The notes under the pieces: model-generated
Databases searched by the model: none
Seen by the model: the letters and a program-made list of their open reading frames with translations, nothing else
What the model was told of the DNA's origin: nothing
Shown here: positions 49,041 to 59,484 of the stretch, piece by piece
How positions within the stretch are numbered: the stretch's first letter is position 1
Layout of the letters: the number at the start of each line of letters is the position of its first letter
Made by a program: the position numbers and the translations under genes
NCBI GenBank assembly: GCA_019638085.1
Contig: JAHBUL010000001.1
Location: 127,630 to 191,629 of the forward strand
Origin: Flavobacteriales bacterium
GTDB lineage: Bacteria; Bacteroidota; Bacteroidia; Flavobacteriales_F; PHOS-HE28
Direction of reading: 5' to 3'
DNA length: 64,000 bases

Positions 49041-49447
49041 CACGCGGGTCGTATTTCCTGACATAATTCCACCAGAACGCCATTGGCACTCTTCGGATGG
49101 ATGAAGCAGACCAGCTTGTTGTCCGCTCCGCGCTTGGGCTCCTCATTCAGCAAGGTGAAGCCCTCAGACCGCAGCCTTTCCATTTCAGCCCTTATATCCT
49201 CTACCTCAAAGGCGATGTGATGGATCCCTTCACCGCGCTTCTCGATCGCTTTGGCGATGGGCCCGTCCGGACGTGTGCTTTCCAAAAGCTCCACCTTGTT
49301 CGGACCTACTTGAAAGAAGGACGTGATCACCCCCTCACTGGCTACCTCCTCCCGCTTGTAGGAGGGAGTTCCCAACAGCTTTTCATACAGGGCCTCGGCC
49401 TTGCCCAGGTCTTTCACGGCGATGCCGATATGCTCGATCCGGATCAT
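49040..49447 (-). CDS. Methylmalonyl-CoA epimerase (VOC/glyoxalase fold)
   Basis: N-terminus MIRIEHIGIAVKDL and the IHHIAFEV metal-ligand region. Confidence 0.8.
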   Translation of the reverse strand: MIRIEHIGIAVKDLGKAEALYEKLLGTPSYKREEVASEGVITSFFQVGPNKVELLESTRPDGPIAKAIEKRGEGIHHIAFEVEDIRAEMERLRSEGFTLLNEEPKRGADNKLVCFIHPKSANGVLVELCQEIRPA

Positions 49448-49526
49448 GGTGGGAAGGTAGGAACGCAAAGGACCTTTCAACAAAAAAGCCCCGCTGGAGC
49501 GAGGCTTTCAAGTGCGAAGGAAGGGG

Positions 49527-50324
49527 TCAACGCTTGAGGAACGTGTCCCCCATTTTGTTGTCGAAATTCAGGTAGTACAGACCTTTCTTCAGGTCGCTTA
49601 CATCAATGTCGGTGGAGTAGCCGCGCTTCACGATGTTACCGAACTGGTCATAGATCTCGTAGAGGCTACCGCTGCTGAGCTTGACCGTCTTGGCGCTTTT
49701 GTCATAGGTCCAAGTAACCACGGGTACGGAAGGGTCCGTGTAGCTGACGCTCTCGCTGAAACGCGAACGCTTGCTCATGTCCGTCTGCTTTACGCGGAAG
49801 ATGTTCTCACCGCTATGCGGGATCACTTTGAAGGAGTATTCATGTTCGCCGGGAGTACCGATGCCCATCACCTCCCCCACGCGGATCCATTTGTTCCACC
49901 GCTTCTGCTGTACCACGAACGGCAGCTCGCCGGTCTCGTTGGTGGTGGTCCAGGTGTACGTCCCGTCCGGTGAAACACTCTGTTTCACAATGTCAAAAGT
50001 GCTCTTCGGCTTCAGCACCTCCGGATTCAGCACCTTGGGTGTGCATCCATCCTTGTGCATGATCTTGATCGTCACCTTGTCACCCACCTTCAAATTGAAA
50101 AGGGTGAGGTCCACTTCGAATGCACTGGAATTGATCTCGTCGGTGGAGATCTTATCGTTCACAGTGACCTGGAATACGCAAAAGCCTACGCCAGCCTCGG
50201 AGAACGGGTTCTGAACGAAGATGTTCTTACCTTGGTAATTGCCGTCCAGAACAATGGTTCCTGCCTGCGCGAACAGACCTGTGAGAAGGGCACCAAGAAG
50301 GAACAGATGTCGGAACTTCAGCAT
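49527..50324 (-). CDS. Hypothetical secreted protein with T9SS-like C-terminal domain
   Basis: Signal peptide MLKFRHLFLLGALLTGLFAQA; C-terminal ...KGLYYLNF... tail. Confidence 0.55.
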   Translation of the reverse strand: MLKFRHLFLLGALLTGLFAQAGTIVLDGNYQGKNIFVQNPFSEAGVGFCVFQVTVNDKISTDEINSSAFEVDLTLFNLKVGDKVTIKIMHKDGCTPKVLNPEVLKPKSTFDIVKQSVSPDGTYTWTTTNETGELPFVVQQKRWNKWIRVGEVMGIGTPGEHEYSFKVIPHSGENIFRVKQTDMSKRSRFSESVSYTDPSVPVVTWTYDKSAKTVKLSSGSLYEIYDQFGNIVKRGYSTDIDVSDLKKGLYYLNFDNKMGDTFLKR

Positions 50325-50410
50325 TACGGTCGGGTATAGAGGGTCGAAATATAACAAGAACCGGTGGGAGCTGGAGAAGGCATTTCCGGAAAATAGGAAA
50401 GAAGTAATGG

Positions 50411-50935
50411 TCAAACCGGTTTTTTGCCATGGACCGCAGATGCCATCCGATGGACATCCTCCAAGGTGAAGGCGGTCCCGTCCTTGGCGTCCTCTACGCG
50501 GAGGGTACGCCCGTCCACAGTGATCCACCGCTCGAAATGATGGAAGACCAATGTGGTGTCATCAGGGAATTCAGACCGGTAGATCAAGAGTTCAGGTGTT
50601 TCCTCCAAAATGGTGTTCCGCTTCAGGAGATCACGCTCCAGATCTGCCTTGAGGCGTTCCTGATCGGCGGGCGCCTCGGAGATATCCAGTGCAAAATGCT
50701 CACCCGCCCGTACGGCCAGCGTGCCGATCTGATCCTTCCAGACCAGAACGGGATCCGGACTTCCGGCAGGCATGTCCAACATCAATGGCAGGTGATGCAC
50801 GGACAGGTCCACCATGGCTGCTGTTCGGGCGCTATCGGCTTGCGCCAGCTGCTTGGCAGCATCGGCTTCTCCATTGCCGCAAGCATTCAAAAGCAAGGCT
50901 AGGGCGATGACCGTGGAGGGGAAAAGTGCTTTCAT
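50411..50935 (-). CDS. Hypothetical lipoprotein
   Basis: Lipobox LLLNACG; no recognisable family. Confidence 0.5.
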   Translation of the reverse strand: MKALFPSTVIALALLLNACGNGEADAAKQLAQADSARTAAMVDLSVHHLPLMLDMPAGSPDPVLVWKDQIGTLAVRAGEHFALDISEAPADQERLKADLERDLLKRNTILEETPELLIYRSEFPDDTTLVFHHFERWITVDGRTLRVEDAKDGTAFTLEDVHRMASAVHGKKPV

Positions 50936-51163
50936 GCGGCGAAGGTATACGCGTGCTTGTGGGGGAGGTTCGGCGGGTGATGGATTTCGTCGGCTGCGCC
51001 GGTTCGAGGTCATGTGTGCTGAATGATCAAGATGCGATCCAGGTAGACGCGATAAACCGCCATCACTGGTCGTCCACAGCGAATGGGAACTGTGACTGGA
51101 CGCACTGGACATAGTAGACAATCACCAGCTACCAATCACCAGCTACCGATCACCGATTTCAAC

Positions 51164-54100
51164 TCACTCTCCGACCAACACCCGCACCCCTTCACTATGC
51201 GACGCGAACTCCGGCGCATACATGCACATCGCCGTGGTGATGCCATTGCTGAAGTCCCCAGCATGGGAGACGCGCAGGTCATACTCGAATACGTAGGTGC
51301 CCGGCCGGATGTGGTCGAAGAAGAAGTCAGTGGCGGCATCGCGGGTGCTTTGGTAATAGCCCAAGCCGCCTTGGAAGCGATAGCCGCTCAGCGTTTCGGT
51401 AGGCTCCAGGCCAGCAGCCCGCAGATCCTTGAGGTGTACGAAGTCCATGGCGCGGTCGGTGCGAAGCTCGATGCGGATAGTGAGCTTGTCGCCCGGCTTG
51501 AGCACGCGGGCCTTGTCCAGCGCGACGAGCTGTTGTCCGGCGTCGGTTTGTTCCTTCAGCATCACTTGCTTCTTGATGCTGAACGGGCTTTCGGCGGAAG
51601 TGACCTTGTCCATTTGCTCGAAGTACTGCCAGTAGAGCGCACCCCACGCCGCACGATCAGTAGTGGTGGTGATCGTTACATCGCCCATGGCGGGTGTGAT
51701 GGCGTCAGCGGGCCACATTTTCTGGAAGTAGCCGGTCCCCGCCTCCTGCTTTTCGGGCACCACCTTCTGCCCACCTACCGTGATCACCGGTGCATCCACC
51801 GGTTCCAGCCAATTGTCGCCGGTGAGCAATAGCGCGAAGCATGCTTCAGCAGTGGCCTTGGTGGTTTTCCAATCGGTGGTCTGTTTCAATTTCAACAGGT
51901 ACAGGCGCAGCTCGTTCACGGCAGTTTCATCCTTGGCCACTTCGTGGAAGGCCTCGATCAGCAAGGCATGCGTCTCCGTGGGGAAATCCCACCAGTAGTA
52001 TCCCGCGTTGAAGTTCTTCCAGTACATGCCCAACTCCTCGCTGCGGGTGGCGCGTTCACCCAACGATTTCATGATGAGCTGCGCGGTGGTGCTATCACCC
52101 AAGCGGTCCATGGTGAGCGCGATCATGGCTTGTTCCTGCAGGCCGAAGCTGAGCCAAGTCGCCGCCAAACGGCCCTTGTAGAAGTTCACGGCGGTACTGG
52201 TGGCTCCGGTGATGGCCCATCGTGGGAAGAAGCTGCGCGCATAGAGGTACTGCACCACGGAATGGTCCGGCGTGTAGTTCATGCGCTCGGCTGCGGTGGT
52301 CCGCTTCAAAAGGCGCTTGTACTCTGCGTCCACATCGTTGTCCAACCAGCGCACGGCGCTCTTCAGCATCAGTTGCGTTTGTCCGTCGGGGCGGAGATCA
52401 GCCGCACCGAGCTTTTCCAGATGCCCGAAACCCGACACGATGCCCTGCGTTACCCAGCGCGAGGGCTGCATGCCGCTGAACCAAGGCCATGCGCCATTTC
52501 CAAGTTGGGCATCGCTCAATTTCTTCAAGGCCACGGCCTTCTCATTGGCCATCCGTTGCATGTCGAAGAGCAAGGCAATGCGCTCCTTGCTTTCTTTTTC
52601 ACTGCGGGCATTCAGCACCCACGGCGTTTCCGCCAGCACGATGTTCTTCAGGTCGCTGTTCTTCTCCAGCTTGCTAAGGAATGCCTCCTCGTTGCCTTCG
52701 CCCTTCGCGGCCCACTGCGCAAATACCTGCTTGATCGCGGGACGCTCCTCCACGATGTGCGCGGCGAGGCTGTTGGCGTAGAACCGGCTGAAGATCTGCT
52801 CCGAGCATTCATGCGGGAACTCCATCAAGTAGGGCAGTGCCTGCACGGCATACCACGCGGGGTTCGGCGTGAATTCCAGCTTTAGGCTCTGATGGCGCAG
52901 CGTTGAACTGGTATCGTTCTTCAATTTTTCCAGCGTGAAGGTTTTCTTTCCGGCCTTGCTGATCGGCAGCGGCAGGCTTTCGGTAACGAGCACACGATCG
53001 GTGAGGATCGGCAGCGGCTTCTCTTCCCCATCGGTGAAGGAACCGGCCTTGGCGCTGATCCGCACGCTTACGGCGCTCACACCTTCCGGCACTTGGACCT
53101 TCCACTCCACAGCAGCGCTCGCTCCCGGCCCTGCGGTAAAGGGAATGCTGTTGCTCTTCAGCCCGAAGCGATCGTTCAAGGAAGCATTGGTGAAGGGATC
53201 GAAGAGTTCGAGTGCTGCGGTGCCATCCACTTGCCCACCTTCGATAACAGCCACTTTGGAGGTCAACGTGATCGCATCTCCTTCCCGCAAAAAGCGCGGC
53301 AGGTTGGGCGTTACCATCAGCGGCTTCTGCGTGATCACTTCCTTGGTGAACTGCGCCGTCTTCAGGTCCGTGGTGTGTGCGAGGCCGAGCAGTTTCCAAC
53401 GCGTAAGCGCATCTGGCATGGTGAATCGCAGTATCACGCTGCCGTCCTTATCGGTGAGCAGGTCCGGGAGGAAGAATGCCGTCTCGCGGAAGTCGGTACG
53501 AGTGGCCGGTGGTCCACCATCCAGTCCGGCTTGCTCAGGTGAATCCTGTTCCATGTCAACCTGGACTTCTTCTTCATCTGGCATCATTGGAGGAGCAGGA
53601 GATGCTACTTGCGCCACCCCGGCTGTGGATTTTGTCGTGCTGAATTCAAGTGACTTGTCCATCTCAGCGCTATCCTCGAGGTATCTCCCGCTACTGCGGA
53701 AACGGTATCCGTACATCCCGAGACCGAAGGTGTTCAGCACTGGGTAGGAGTGCGTTGTATCCGCAGGTAGCTGAAGATCCCGCCAGAGCTGATCTCCACT
53801 GTTCACGCCGAACGGTACGGCTCCGCCCCAGCCCAATTGCGAACGGTAGGTTGGCCAAACGGACAGTTCCCATGCATGCGGCACAAAGTGGTCCAACGAT
53901 GCATCGTACATGCCGGCCAGCAACTGGGCCGCCAACTTCTCGCCTTTCGGTCCGGTGATCTTCAAGCGCCATTCCTCCTTTGCGCCGGGCAAGAGCTTAT
54001 CGCGGAAGGTCATCCATTCCACCAGCAGCTCCTTGTTGCTCCAGGGCACATCGATGTTCACATCCCGGCTATGTGCACGGCCGCGCTCCACGCAGATGAA

Positions 54101-57100
54101 GTGTACGGTGAAACCACCGCGGTCAGCCTCCAAGACCGGCAGTTCCACGCGCTGTTGGCCGTCCTTCAACGTGAGCCAGCGCCGCACCGCGATCAACCCG
54201 TTCCTTTCCACCTCCATCAAAATTTGCGCTTCCGGCAGTGCGGAGCTGACCAACAGTACTGCCTTTTCACCGGGCTCTGCCTTGGCCTTCACGGCTTCCA
54301 CATGGAAGGCATCGTTGACAAATCCGGTGTGCTGCACGGCGGGGTCATAGATCGCCACCACCTTTCGGGCGAGCACGAGATTGCTATCAGCATCCCTGGC
54401 ACTTACCTCGATGAGGTAGTTGCCCACATCCCATTCCGCAATGCCTTCCAGCACCAGCGATCTGCCGTCGGCAGTCCAGTCCGTGCGCTCCAGCATCACC
54501 GCCTCCTCCGACCAGGTGAGCGGGTCATTATCATCGGTATATACATCCTGCGGAAAGCGCTCCTCGAACTCGCCGCCAGTGAGAACAGGACGATCCGGAC
54601 GTTCCCACAGGCGGCCTCGCAGCGGCTTGGCCGTTGGTCGCAAGAGCGCGATCTTCACATGCATGGGTACATCCAGTACATGGCCATTGAGGTCCTGCAC
54701 GTTCACCTTCAAACTGTCCACGGCAGAACGGTCGATCCCGTCACCAACGGTCATCGCGATCTGGATGCTGCGGTAGCCCACGGAAATGTTGGTGCTGTTG
54801 CGTTGCGTCTCACCGTTCACGTCGGTGATGCTCGCTTCCACGGTAAAGGTGAAAATGGGTTCGGCGTTGGGCGAAATGGCCCGGTCTGCTTCTGCGGGAA
54901 AAGGGATGGCGAAGTTGCCCGAAGCATCGGTTTCGGCGGTTCCGCTGGCCACTTCCGTGGGTGCTCCCCAAGGAATGAAGGAGCGCCAGAACCCACGTGC
55001 CCACCAAGGCAGCCGGGCTGATCGGGTCACGCTCCACTGCACTTGAGCGCCGTCGAGCGGCACGCCCGCGTAGCTTTTTGCTTGGCCATGCACGGTGGCC
55101 ATGGCATTCAATACCGGCGCTGCGGAAGCGGTGGCAGTATCACTGGTGGGGAAGAGCACCTCGAAGGTGGGGCGCTTGTACTCCTCCACTTGGACACCCC
55201 GGCTGCCGAATACCTCTTCCAGCCGCATGCTGCCGGTGAGTGTGCCTACAGGCGCATTGAACTGCCCGTGGAAGGAGCCGAATGCATCGGTGGTCACCTG
55301 CACGGAATCCACGAGCTGGTGGTTCACGTCGAAGAAGCGGACCGTGGTTTTGTATCCCGTTTTCACTACGGTGCTCCCAGCACGCTTCACCGATACGATG
55401 CCCTTGAACAGGATGGGTTGGCCCGGGCGGTAGATCGCACGATCGGTGAAGAGGAAGGTGCGCATGCTATCGGCCTTCGCGGCGCTTTCATCCCTCCAGT
55501 AATAGTAGTTCCCGGAAGCTTCGAGCTTGTCCTTGCCATGGGTGATCACCCAACGCTGCTGTCCGCGCGAACGGTCCGGCACGGTTACCTGCGCTATGCC
55601 ATTCGCATCGGTGGATGCCGAGCCGACCAATCGATCCTGCCAGCCATTGCGCTGGTATTCCTGCACGAAGTACTGGGCCTTTGCATCGGTGATCGGTAGG
55701 CCGCTCGCGCGGTCCATCACCACCACGGCGGCCATATGGTCTGGTAGCTGGCGTTGAGCAATGGCAAGTTGTGTTACCTGTACAGATGTTACCACTACGG
55801 TGGGTGCATCCAAGGCGATCGGCTTGTCCATGGCGATGATGCTGTATCCACCCAGATCCAGAGGTTCCACAGGCAGTTCCGTGAGGTGCTCGTTCAGGTC
55901 GCCATCATCCGGAAGCAGTATGTTCCATTCACGCAGTACAGGCAGATGTAGTAGCCGCTTCAATTCATCCTGATCACGGTAGCGACTTCGGCCTTTGCGT
56001 TCTACATCATCCTTTACCACGCGCAACCACACCTGCTTTACGTTGGTGTAGCTCACGGCCAGCCGAAATGGAGCATTGGGGATCACTGCCTCTTCCGCTT
56101 CTACACGCATGGCGGGCAACTCCAACTGGGCCAGCAGGGCAGTGGCACGCTTCACCGCAAAAGGGCCAGGGGCGTCACTAATGACCTTCCGATAAATGTC
56201 CGCTGCGGTCTTCTTCTCCCATTTCCATGAAGCCGATGGGTCCAAGCGTTGGTAATTGGCCGCTTGTTCCACATGCCATTCAGCAATGGCGATCATTACG
56301 GCAGCATGGGCCTCCCCTGCGGGTAGCGCCGTGGCCAACGTGGTCAGGGCGTTCAGGTACAGGCTATCCTTTTCGTCAAGTGTGCTGTTCGCCTGGACAA
56401 AGGCCAAGCGATCGAGTGTGATATCCGTCAACGCGCTTGGTGCGCTATCCGGTAAGTGGAGCGCAGTGAGCCGTTGATACAGGTCCAGGGCTTGGAAATG
56501 CCACGAGCCACTGTCACGGTGGGCAAGCTTCAGTGCGGCGAATGCCGCAGCCGGAGCGTAGTACCCAGGCTCATTCAACTGGAAGCGCCACGCTGGCTCC
56601 GTAAGACGTGTTTCGCTATTGCTGAAGACAGCCAGTGCCCGATGTGCGAGCAGGTCGAAGAGGGTGGGGCGAAGTGTGCTATCCGCTTGGGAATGTTCCA
56701 ACAGTGACCGCAATTCACCCACCGGGATCTTCTCCAAGGTTGCCGCCGGCTCCAATGAAGCGGAATACTCCGCGATCACTTTCTGCATATACGTGGCCTG
56801 GTCCCAGGTGTCGGGGTCCTCGGTCGGCTCCGCCACGTTGGTGTGATCGAGCACGGCCCATCGCTGGCTTTGGTAATAGCTCCACCACTGCTCAGCGATC
56901 ACGCTGTGCAGCAATTGCTTCAGCGGCGTACTGCTGATGGAGACTGCGGAATCCATTTGGGCGATCACTGTTCTTTGATCTACGCCGGTGTACCCTTGCA
57001 GGCGGCTGCGGTACATCCAGGCGCGGAAGGCGGTGCGCCAGTCATCCTTTGCGGAAGCATCACCGAGGATCACTTCCGTTGCGGTGAGCGCAGTAGCATA

Positions 57101-57250
57101 TTGGCCAAGGCCGGTGAGTGAATCCACCTGCACCCATCGCGGGTCCTGCTGCACATCGGTCATGGGTGTGGTCTTACTTAGGGAAGCGCAACTAAACAGG
57201 ACCACTGCGATGGCCGAGAGGGTGAGGAGGACTTTCTGAGTGAACTTCAT
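51164..57250 (-). CDS. Alpha-2-macroglobulin-family lipoprotein with thioester motif
   Basis: About 2,030 aa; lipoprotein signal MKFTQKVLLTLSAIAVVLFSCAS; CxEQ thioester motif (HECSEQ); A2M-like domain organisation. Confidence 0.8.
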   Translation of the reverse strand: MKFTQKVLLTLSAIAVVLFSCASLSKTTPMTDVQQDPRWVQVDSLTGLGQYATALTATEVILGDASAKDDWRTAFRAWMYRSRLQGYTGVDQRTVIAQMDSAVSISSTPLKQLLHSVIAEQWWSYYQSQRWAVLDHTNVAEPTEDPDTWDQATYMQKVIAEYSASLEPAATLEKIPVGELRSLLEHSQADSTLRPTLFDLLAHRALAVFSNSETRLTEPAWRFQLNEPGYYAPAAAFAALKLAHRDSGSWHFQALDLYQRLTALHLPDSAPSALTDITLDRLAFVQANSTLDEKDSLYLNALTTLATALPAGEAHAAVMIAIAEWHVEQAANYQRLDPSASWKWEKKTAADIYRKVISDAPGPFAVKRATALLAQLELPAMRVEAEEAVIPNAPFRLAVSYTNVKQVWLRVVKDDVERKGRSRYRDQDELKRLLHLPVLREWNILLPDDGDLNEHLTELPVEPLDLGGYSIIAMDKPIALDAPTVVVTSVQVTQLAIAQRQLPDHMAAVVVMDRASGLPITDAKAQYFVQEYQRNGWQDRLVGSASTDANGIAQVTVPDRSRGQQRWVITHGKDKLEASGNYYYWRDESAAKADSMRTFLFTDRAIYRPGQPILFKGIVSVKRAGSTVVKTGYKTTVRFFDVNHQLVDSVQVTTDAFGSFHGQFNAPVGTLTGSMRLEEVFGSRGVQVEEYKRPTFEVLFPTSDTATASAAPVLNAMATVHGQAKSYAGVPLDGAQVQWSVTRSARLPWWARGFWRSFIPWGAPTEVASGTAETDASGNFAIPFPAEADRAISPNAEPIFTFTVEASITDVNGETQRNSTNISVGYRSIQIAMTVGDGIDRSAVDSLKVNVQDLNGHVLDVPMHVKIALLRPTAKPLRGRLWERPDRPVLTGGEFEERFPQDVYTDDNDPLTWSEEAVMLERTDWTADGRSLVLEGIAEWDVGNYLIEVSARDADSNLVLARKVVAIYDPAVQHTGFVNDAFHVEAVKAKAEPGEKAVLLVSSALPEAQILMEVERNGLIAVRRWLTLKDGQQRVELPVLEADRGGFTVHFICVERGRAHSRDVNIDVPWSNKELLVEWMTFRDKLLPGAKEEWRLKITGPKGEKLAAQLLAGMYDASLDHFVPHAWELSVWPTYRSQLGWGGAVPFGVNSGDQLWRDLQLPADTTHSYPVLNTFGLGMYGYRFRSSGRYLEDSAEMDKSLEFSTTKSTAGVAQVASPAPPMMPDEEEVQVDMEQDSPEQAGLDGGPPATRTDFRETAFFLPDLLTDKDGSVILRFTMPDALTRWKLLGLAHTTDLKTAQFTKEVITQKPLMVTPNLPRFLREGDAITLTSKVAVIEGGQVDGTAALELFDPFTNASLNDRFGLKSNSIPFTAGPGASAAVEWKVQVPEGVSAVSVRISAKAGSFTDGEEKPLPILTDRVLVTESLPLPISKAGKKTFTLEKLKNDTSSTLRHQSLKLEFTPNPAWYAVQALPYLMEFPHECSEQIFSRFYANSLAAHIVEERPAIKQVFAQWAAKGEGNEEAFLSKLEKNSDLKNIVLAETPWVLNARSEKESKERIALLFDMQRMANEKAVALKKLSDAQLGNGAWPWFSGMQPSRWVTQGIVSGFGHLEKLGAADLRPDGQTQLMLKSAVRWLDNDVDAEYKRLLKRTTAAERMNYTPDHSVVQYLYARSFFPRWAITGATSTAVNFYKGRLAATWLSFGLQEQAMIALTMDRLGDSTTAQLIMKSLGERATRSEELGMYWKNFNAGYYWWDFPTETHALLIEAFHEVAKDETAVNELRLYLLKLKQTTDWKTTKATAEACFALLLTGDNWLEPVDAPVITVGGQKVVPEKQEAGTGYFQKMWPADAITPAMGDVTITTTTDRAAWGALYWQYFEQMDKVTSAESPFSIKKQVMLKEQTDAGQQLVALDKARVLKPGDKLTIRIELRTDRAMDFVHLKDLRAAGLEPTETLSGYRFQGGLGYYQSTRDAATDFFFDHIRPGTYVFEYDLRVSHAGDFSNGITTAMCMYAPEFASHSEGVRVLVGE

Positions 57251-57443
57251 CCAGTGAGGCAACGGACGATTTATTGGCTCCGAAGCATTGCAAAGTTCGC
57301 GCATCATGGTACGTGGTACACCCGGGAGCGGCTGTTGGTTCGATCTGAATCCGCACATTTCCGCGGTGTGGATGTTCCTTCCGTGTTGCCTTGGATACAA
57401 CACAAGCCATGCCGACCGCAGCAAGCCACTAATTTCACCCCCC

Positions 57444-58976
57444 ATGCGCAAGCTTTTCTACATCCTCACTTTTTCACTTTTGGTGCTTATCGGCGTACTC
57501 GGTATTCTCGATCACCGGGCGTTCTGGGCCTATGCCGTGGTGTTGCCGCTGTTCGCACTGGGTATCTACAACATGGTGCAGCCGCGGCACACCATCCTGC
57601 GGAATTTCCCCGTGCTCGGTTACATGCGGTATGCCTTCGAGTTCATCGCTCCGGAGATCCAGCAGTACTTCATTGAACGGCATACCGATGGAAGACCCTT
57701 CAGCAGGCAACAGCGCTCACTGGCCTATCAACGGGCCAAGAACGTGGGTGACACGACGCCATTCGGCACCCAACTGGATATCAATGCAGCGAACTACGAA
57801 GGGATCCGCCATAGTATCTATCCCAAGGAAGTACCGGCCGATCCACCCCTGATCAAGATCGGCGGGGAGTACTGCAAGAAGCCCTACATGGCCTCCCTGC
57901 TCAATATTTCCGCCATGAGCTTCGGGGCCTTGAGCGATCGGGCCGTGCTTGCGCTCAATACCGGTGCACGCAAAGGTGGTTTCTACCACAATACCGGAGA
58001 AGGAGGCCTGAGTGATCACCACCTGAAACCAGGAGGCGATCTGGTATGGCAGATCGGAACGGGGTACTTCGGATGCCGTACCGAAGCAGGCGATTTTGAT
58101 CCGGAGCTGTTCCGGACCAAGGTGGCCGAACATCACCAGGTGCGGATGATCGAACTGAAGATCTCACAAGGGGCCAAGCCCGGGCACGGCGGCGTTCTCC
58201 CGGCCGTGAAGAACTCCCCCGAGATCGCGCGTATCCGGCATATTGAGCCGCATACAACCGTGCTATCGCCGCCCGGCCACAGTGCTTTTACGGATGCCGA
58301 TGGCTTCCTGCGCTTTATCACCCAGTTGCGCGAGCTGAGCGGAGGTTTGCCAGTGGGATTCAAACTGTGTATTGGTCGTACGGATGAGTTCACGTCACTC
58401 TGCGAACTGATGGTGGAGACCGGTATGCGGCCGGACTTCATCACGGTGGATGGTGCGGAAGGAGGGACCGGTGCTGCGCCATTGGAGTTCACGGATTCCG
58501 TTGGAATGCCCATTGAACCCGCGTTGATGTTCGTCCGTCGCACCCTTGAACGTTTCGGACTGCACGGGGAGATCAAGATCATTGCCAGTGGTAAGGTGCT
58601 CACCTCTTCCAGCCTGATGAAGATGCTGGCATTAGGTGCCGACCTCTGCAACAGCGCACGGGGCTTCATGTTCTCCTTGGGTTGCATTCAAGCGCTGCGT
58701 TGTAATACCAACGATTGTCCCACCGGCATCACTACTCAGGACCCGGCATTAGTGCGGGGGATCGTGGTCTCGGATAAAAGTGAACGCGTGTTCCACTTTC
58801 ACCGGAATACCTTGCTTTCATTGATGGAGTTGCTTGCTGCGTGTGGCTTGGAGCGCGTGGAGGATGTGAACATGAACCACTTTATGCGGGGTGATGAATT
58901 CGTACGACTGGCAGATCGTTACTTCCCGGATGGCTTGGCTAAAGTGATGCATGCATCACCGGGAGGAACACGTTGA
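57444..58976 (+). CDS. Glutamate-synthase-related FMN-binding membrane protein (GltS domain-2-like)
   Basis: Two N-terminal TM segments, then a GltB FMN-domain-like region (KISQGAKPGHGGVLP; GAEGGTGAAP). Confidence 0.75.
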   Translation: MRKLFYILTFSLLVLIGVLGILDHRAFWAYAVVLPLFALGIYNMVQPRHTILRNFPVLGYMRYAFEFIAPEIQQYFIERHTDGRPFSRQQRSLAYQRAKNVGDTTPFGTQLDINAANYEGIRHSIYPKEVPADPPLIKIGGEYCKKPYMASLLNISAMSFGALSDRAVLALNTGARKGGFYHNTGEGGLSDHHLKPGGDLVWQIGTGYFGCRTEAGDFDPELFRTKVAEHHQVRMIELKISQGAKPGHGGVLPAVKNSPEIARIRHIEPHTTVLSPPGHSAFTDADGFLRFITQLRELSGGLPVGFKLCIGRTDEFTSLCELMVETGMRPDFITVDGAEGGTGAAPLEFTDSVGMPIEPALMFVRRTLERFGLHGEIKIIASGKVLTSSSLMKMLALGADLCNSARGFMFSLGCIQALRCNTNDCPTGITTQDPALVRGIVVSDKSERVFHFHRNTLLSLMELLAACGLERVEDVNMNHFMRGDEFVRLADRYFPDGLAKVMHASPGGTR

Positions 58977-58986
58977 GCATTTCGAT

Positions 58987-59484
58987 ATGCTGGACGCCTC
59001 CGGATTTCTGCGGAAACTGTTCGACGCCTTGGCGATCGCGGGATTGGATACCACGGACCTGGAACTGGATCATCTCTGCTACCGCGTGGAGACCCACTGC
59101 CGCTTCGATGCACTGCGGAAGGCGTTGAACAACAAAGCAACCCTGCTGGGTGATAGCATCATCGGGAAAAGGCCCATTGCCACTTATCGGCTGAATGAGC
59201 CGATCTTCTTTGAAGGACGGCGGATCGAGGTGGTCGAGTTACCGGCACCGAAGACCGGTAGGCCGTATCCTGAAGGCTATGAACATGCCGAGTTCGTGGT
59301 GCTTGAGGAACTCGTAGCGTTCACGCAGCGGCATCCGCATCTTGATTGGGATCTCAGTGCTCTGGCCAAGCCCGTCAATGCGGATGTGCGTCTCCGCTTT
59401 GATGGCTTCAGCGTGAAGTTCCACCGGCAAACGCTCGCATCCGTGATCGAGATGGAACACGCTCAAGTGGCGAGAAAGGTCTGA
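58987..59484 (+). CDS. VOC-family (YecM-like) protein
   Basis: Size and fold resemblance only; start ambiguous (58951 or 58987). Confidence 0.45.
   Translation: MLDASGFLRKLFDALAIAGLDTTDLELDHLCYRVETHCRFDALRKALNNKATLLGDSIIGKRPIATYRLNEPIFFEGRRIEVVELPAPKTGRPYPEGYEHAEFVVLEELVAFTQRHPHLDWDLSALAKPVNADVRLRFDGFSVKFHRQTLASVIEMEHAQVARKV

Noticed and set aside
52935-55021. Two long plus-strand ORFs (270 and 394 aa) inside the alpha-2-macroglobulin gene
   Set aside because: Antisense to a 6-kb gene with signal peptide and thioester motif. Compositionally biased and no motifs.
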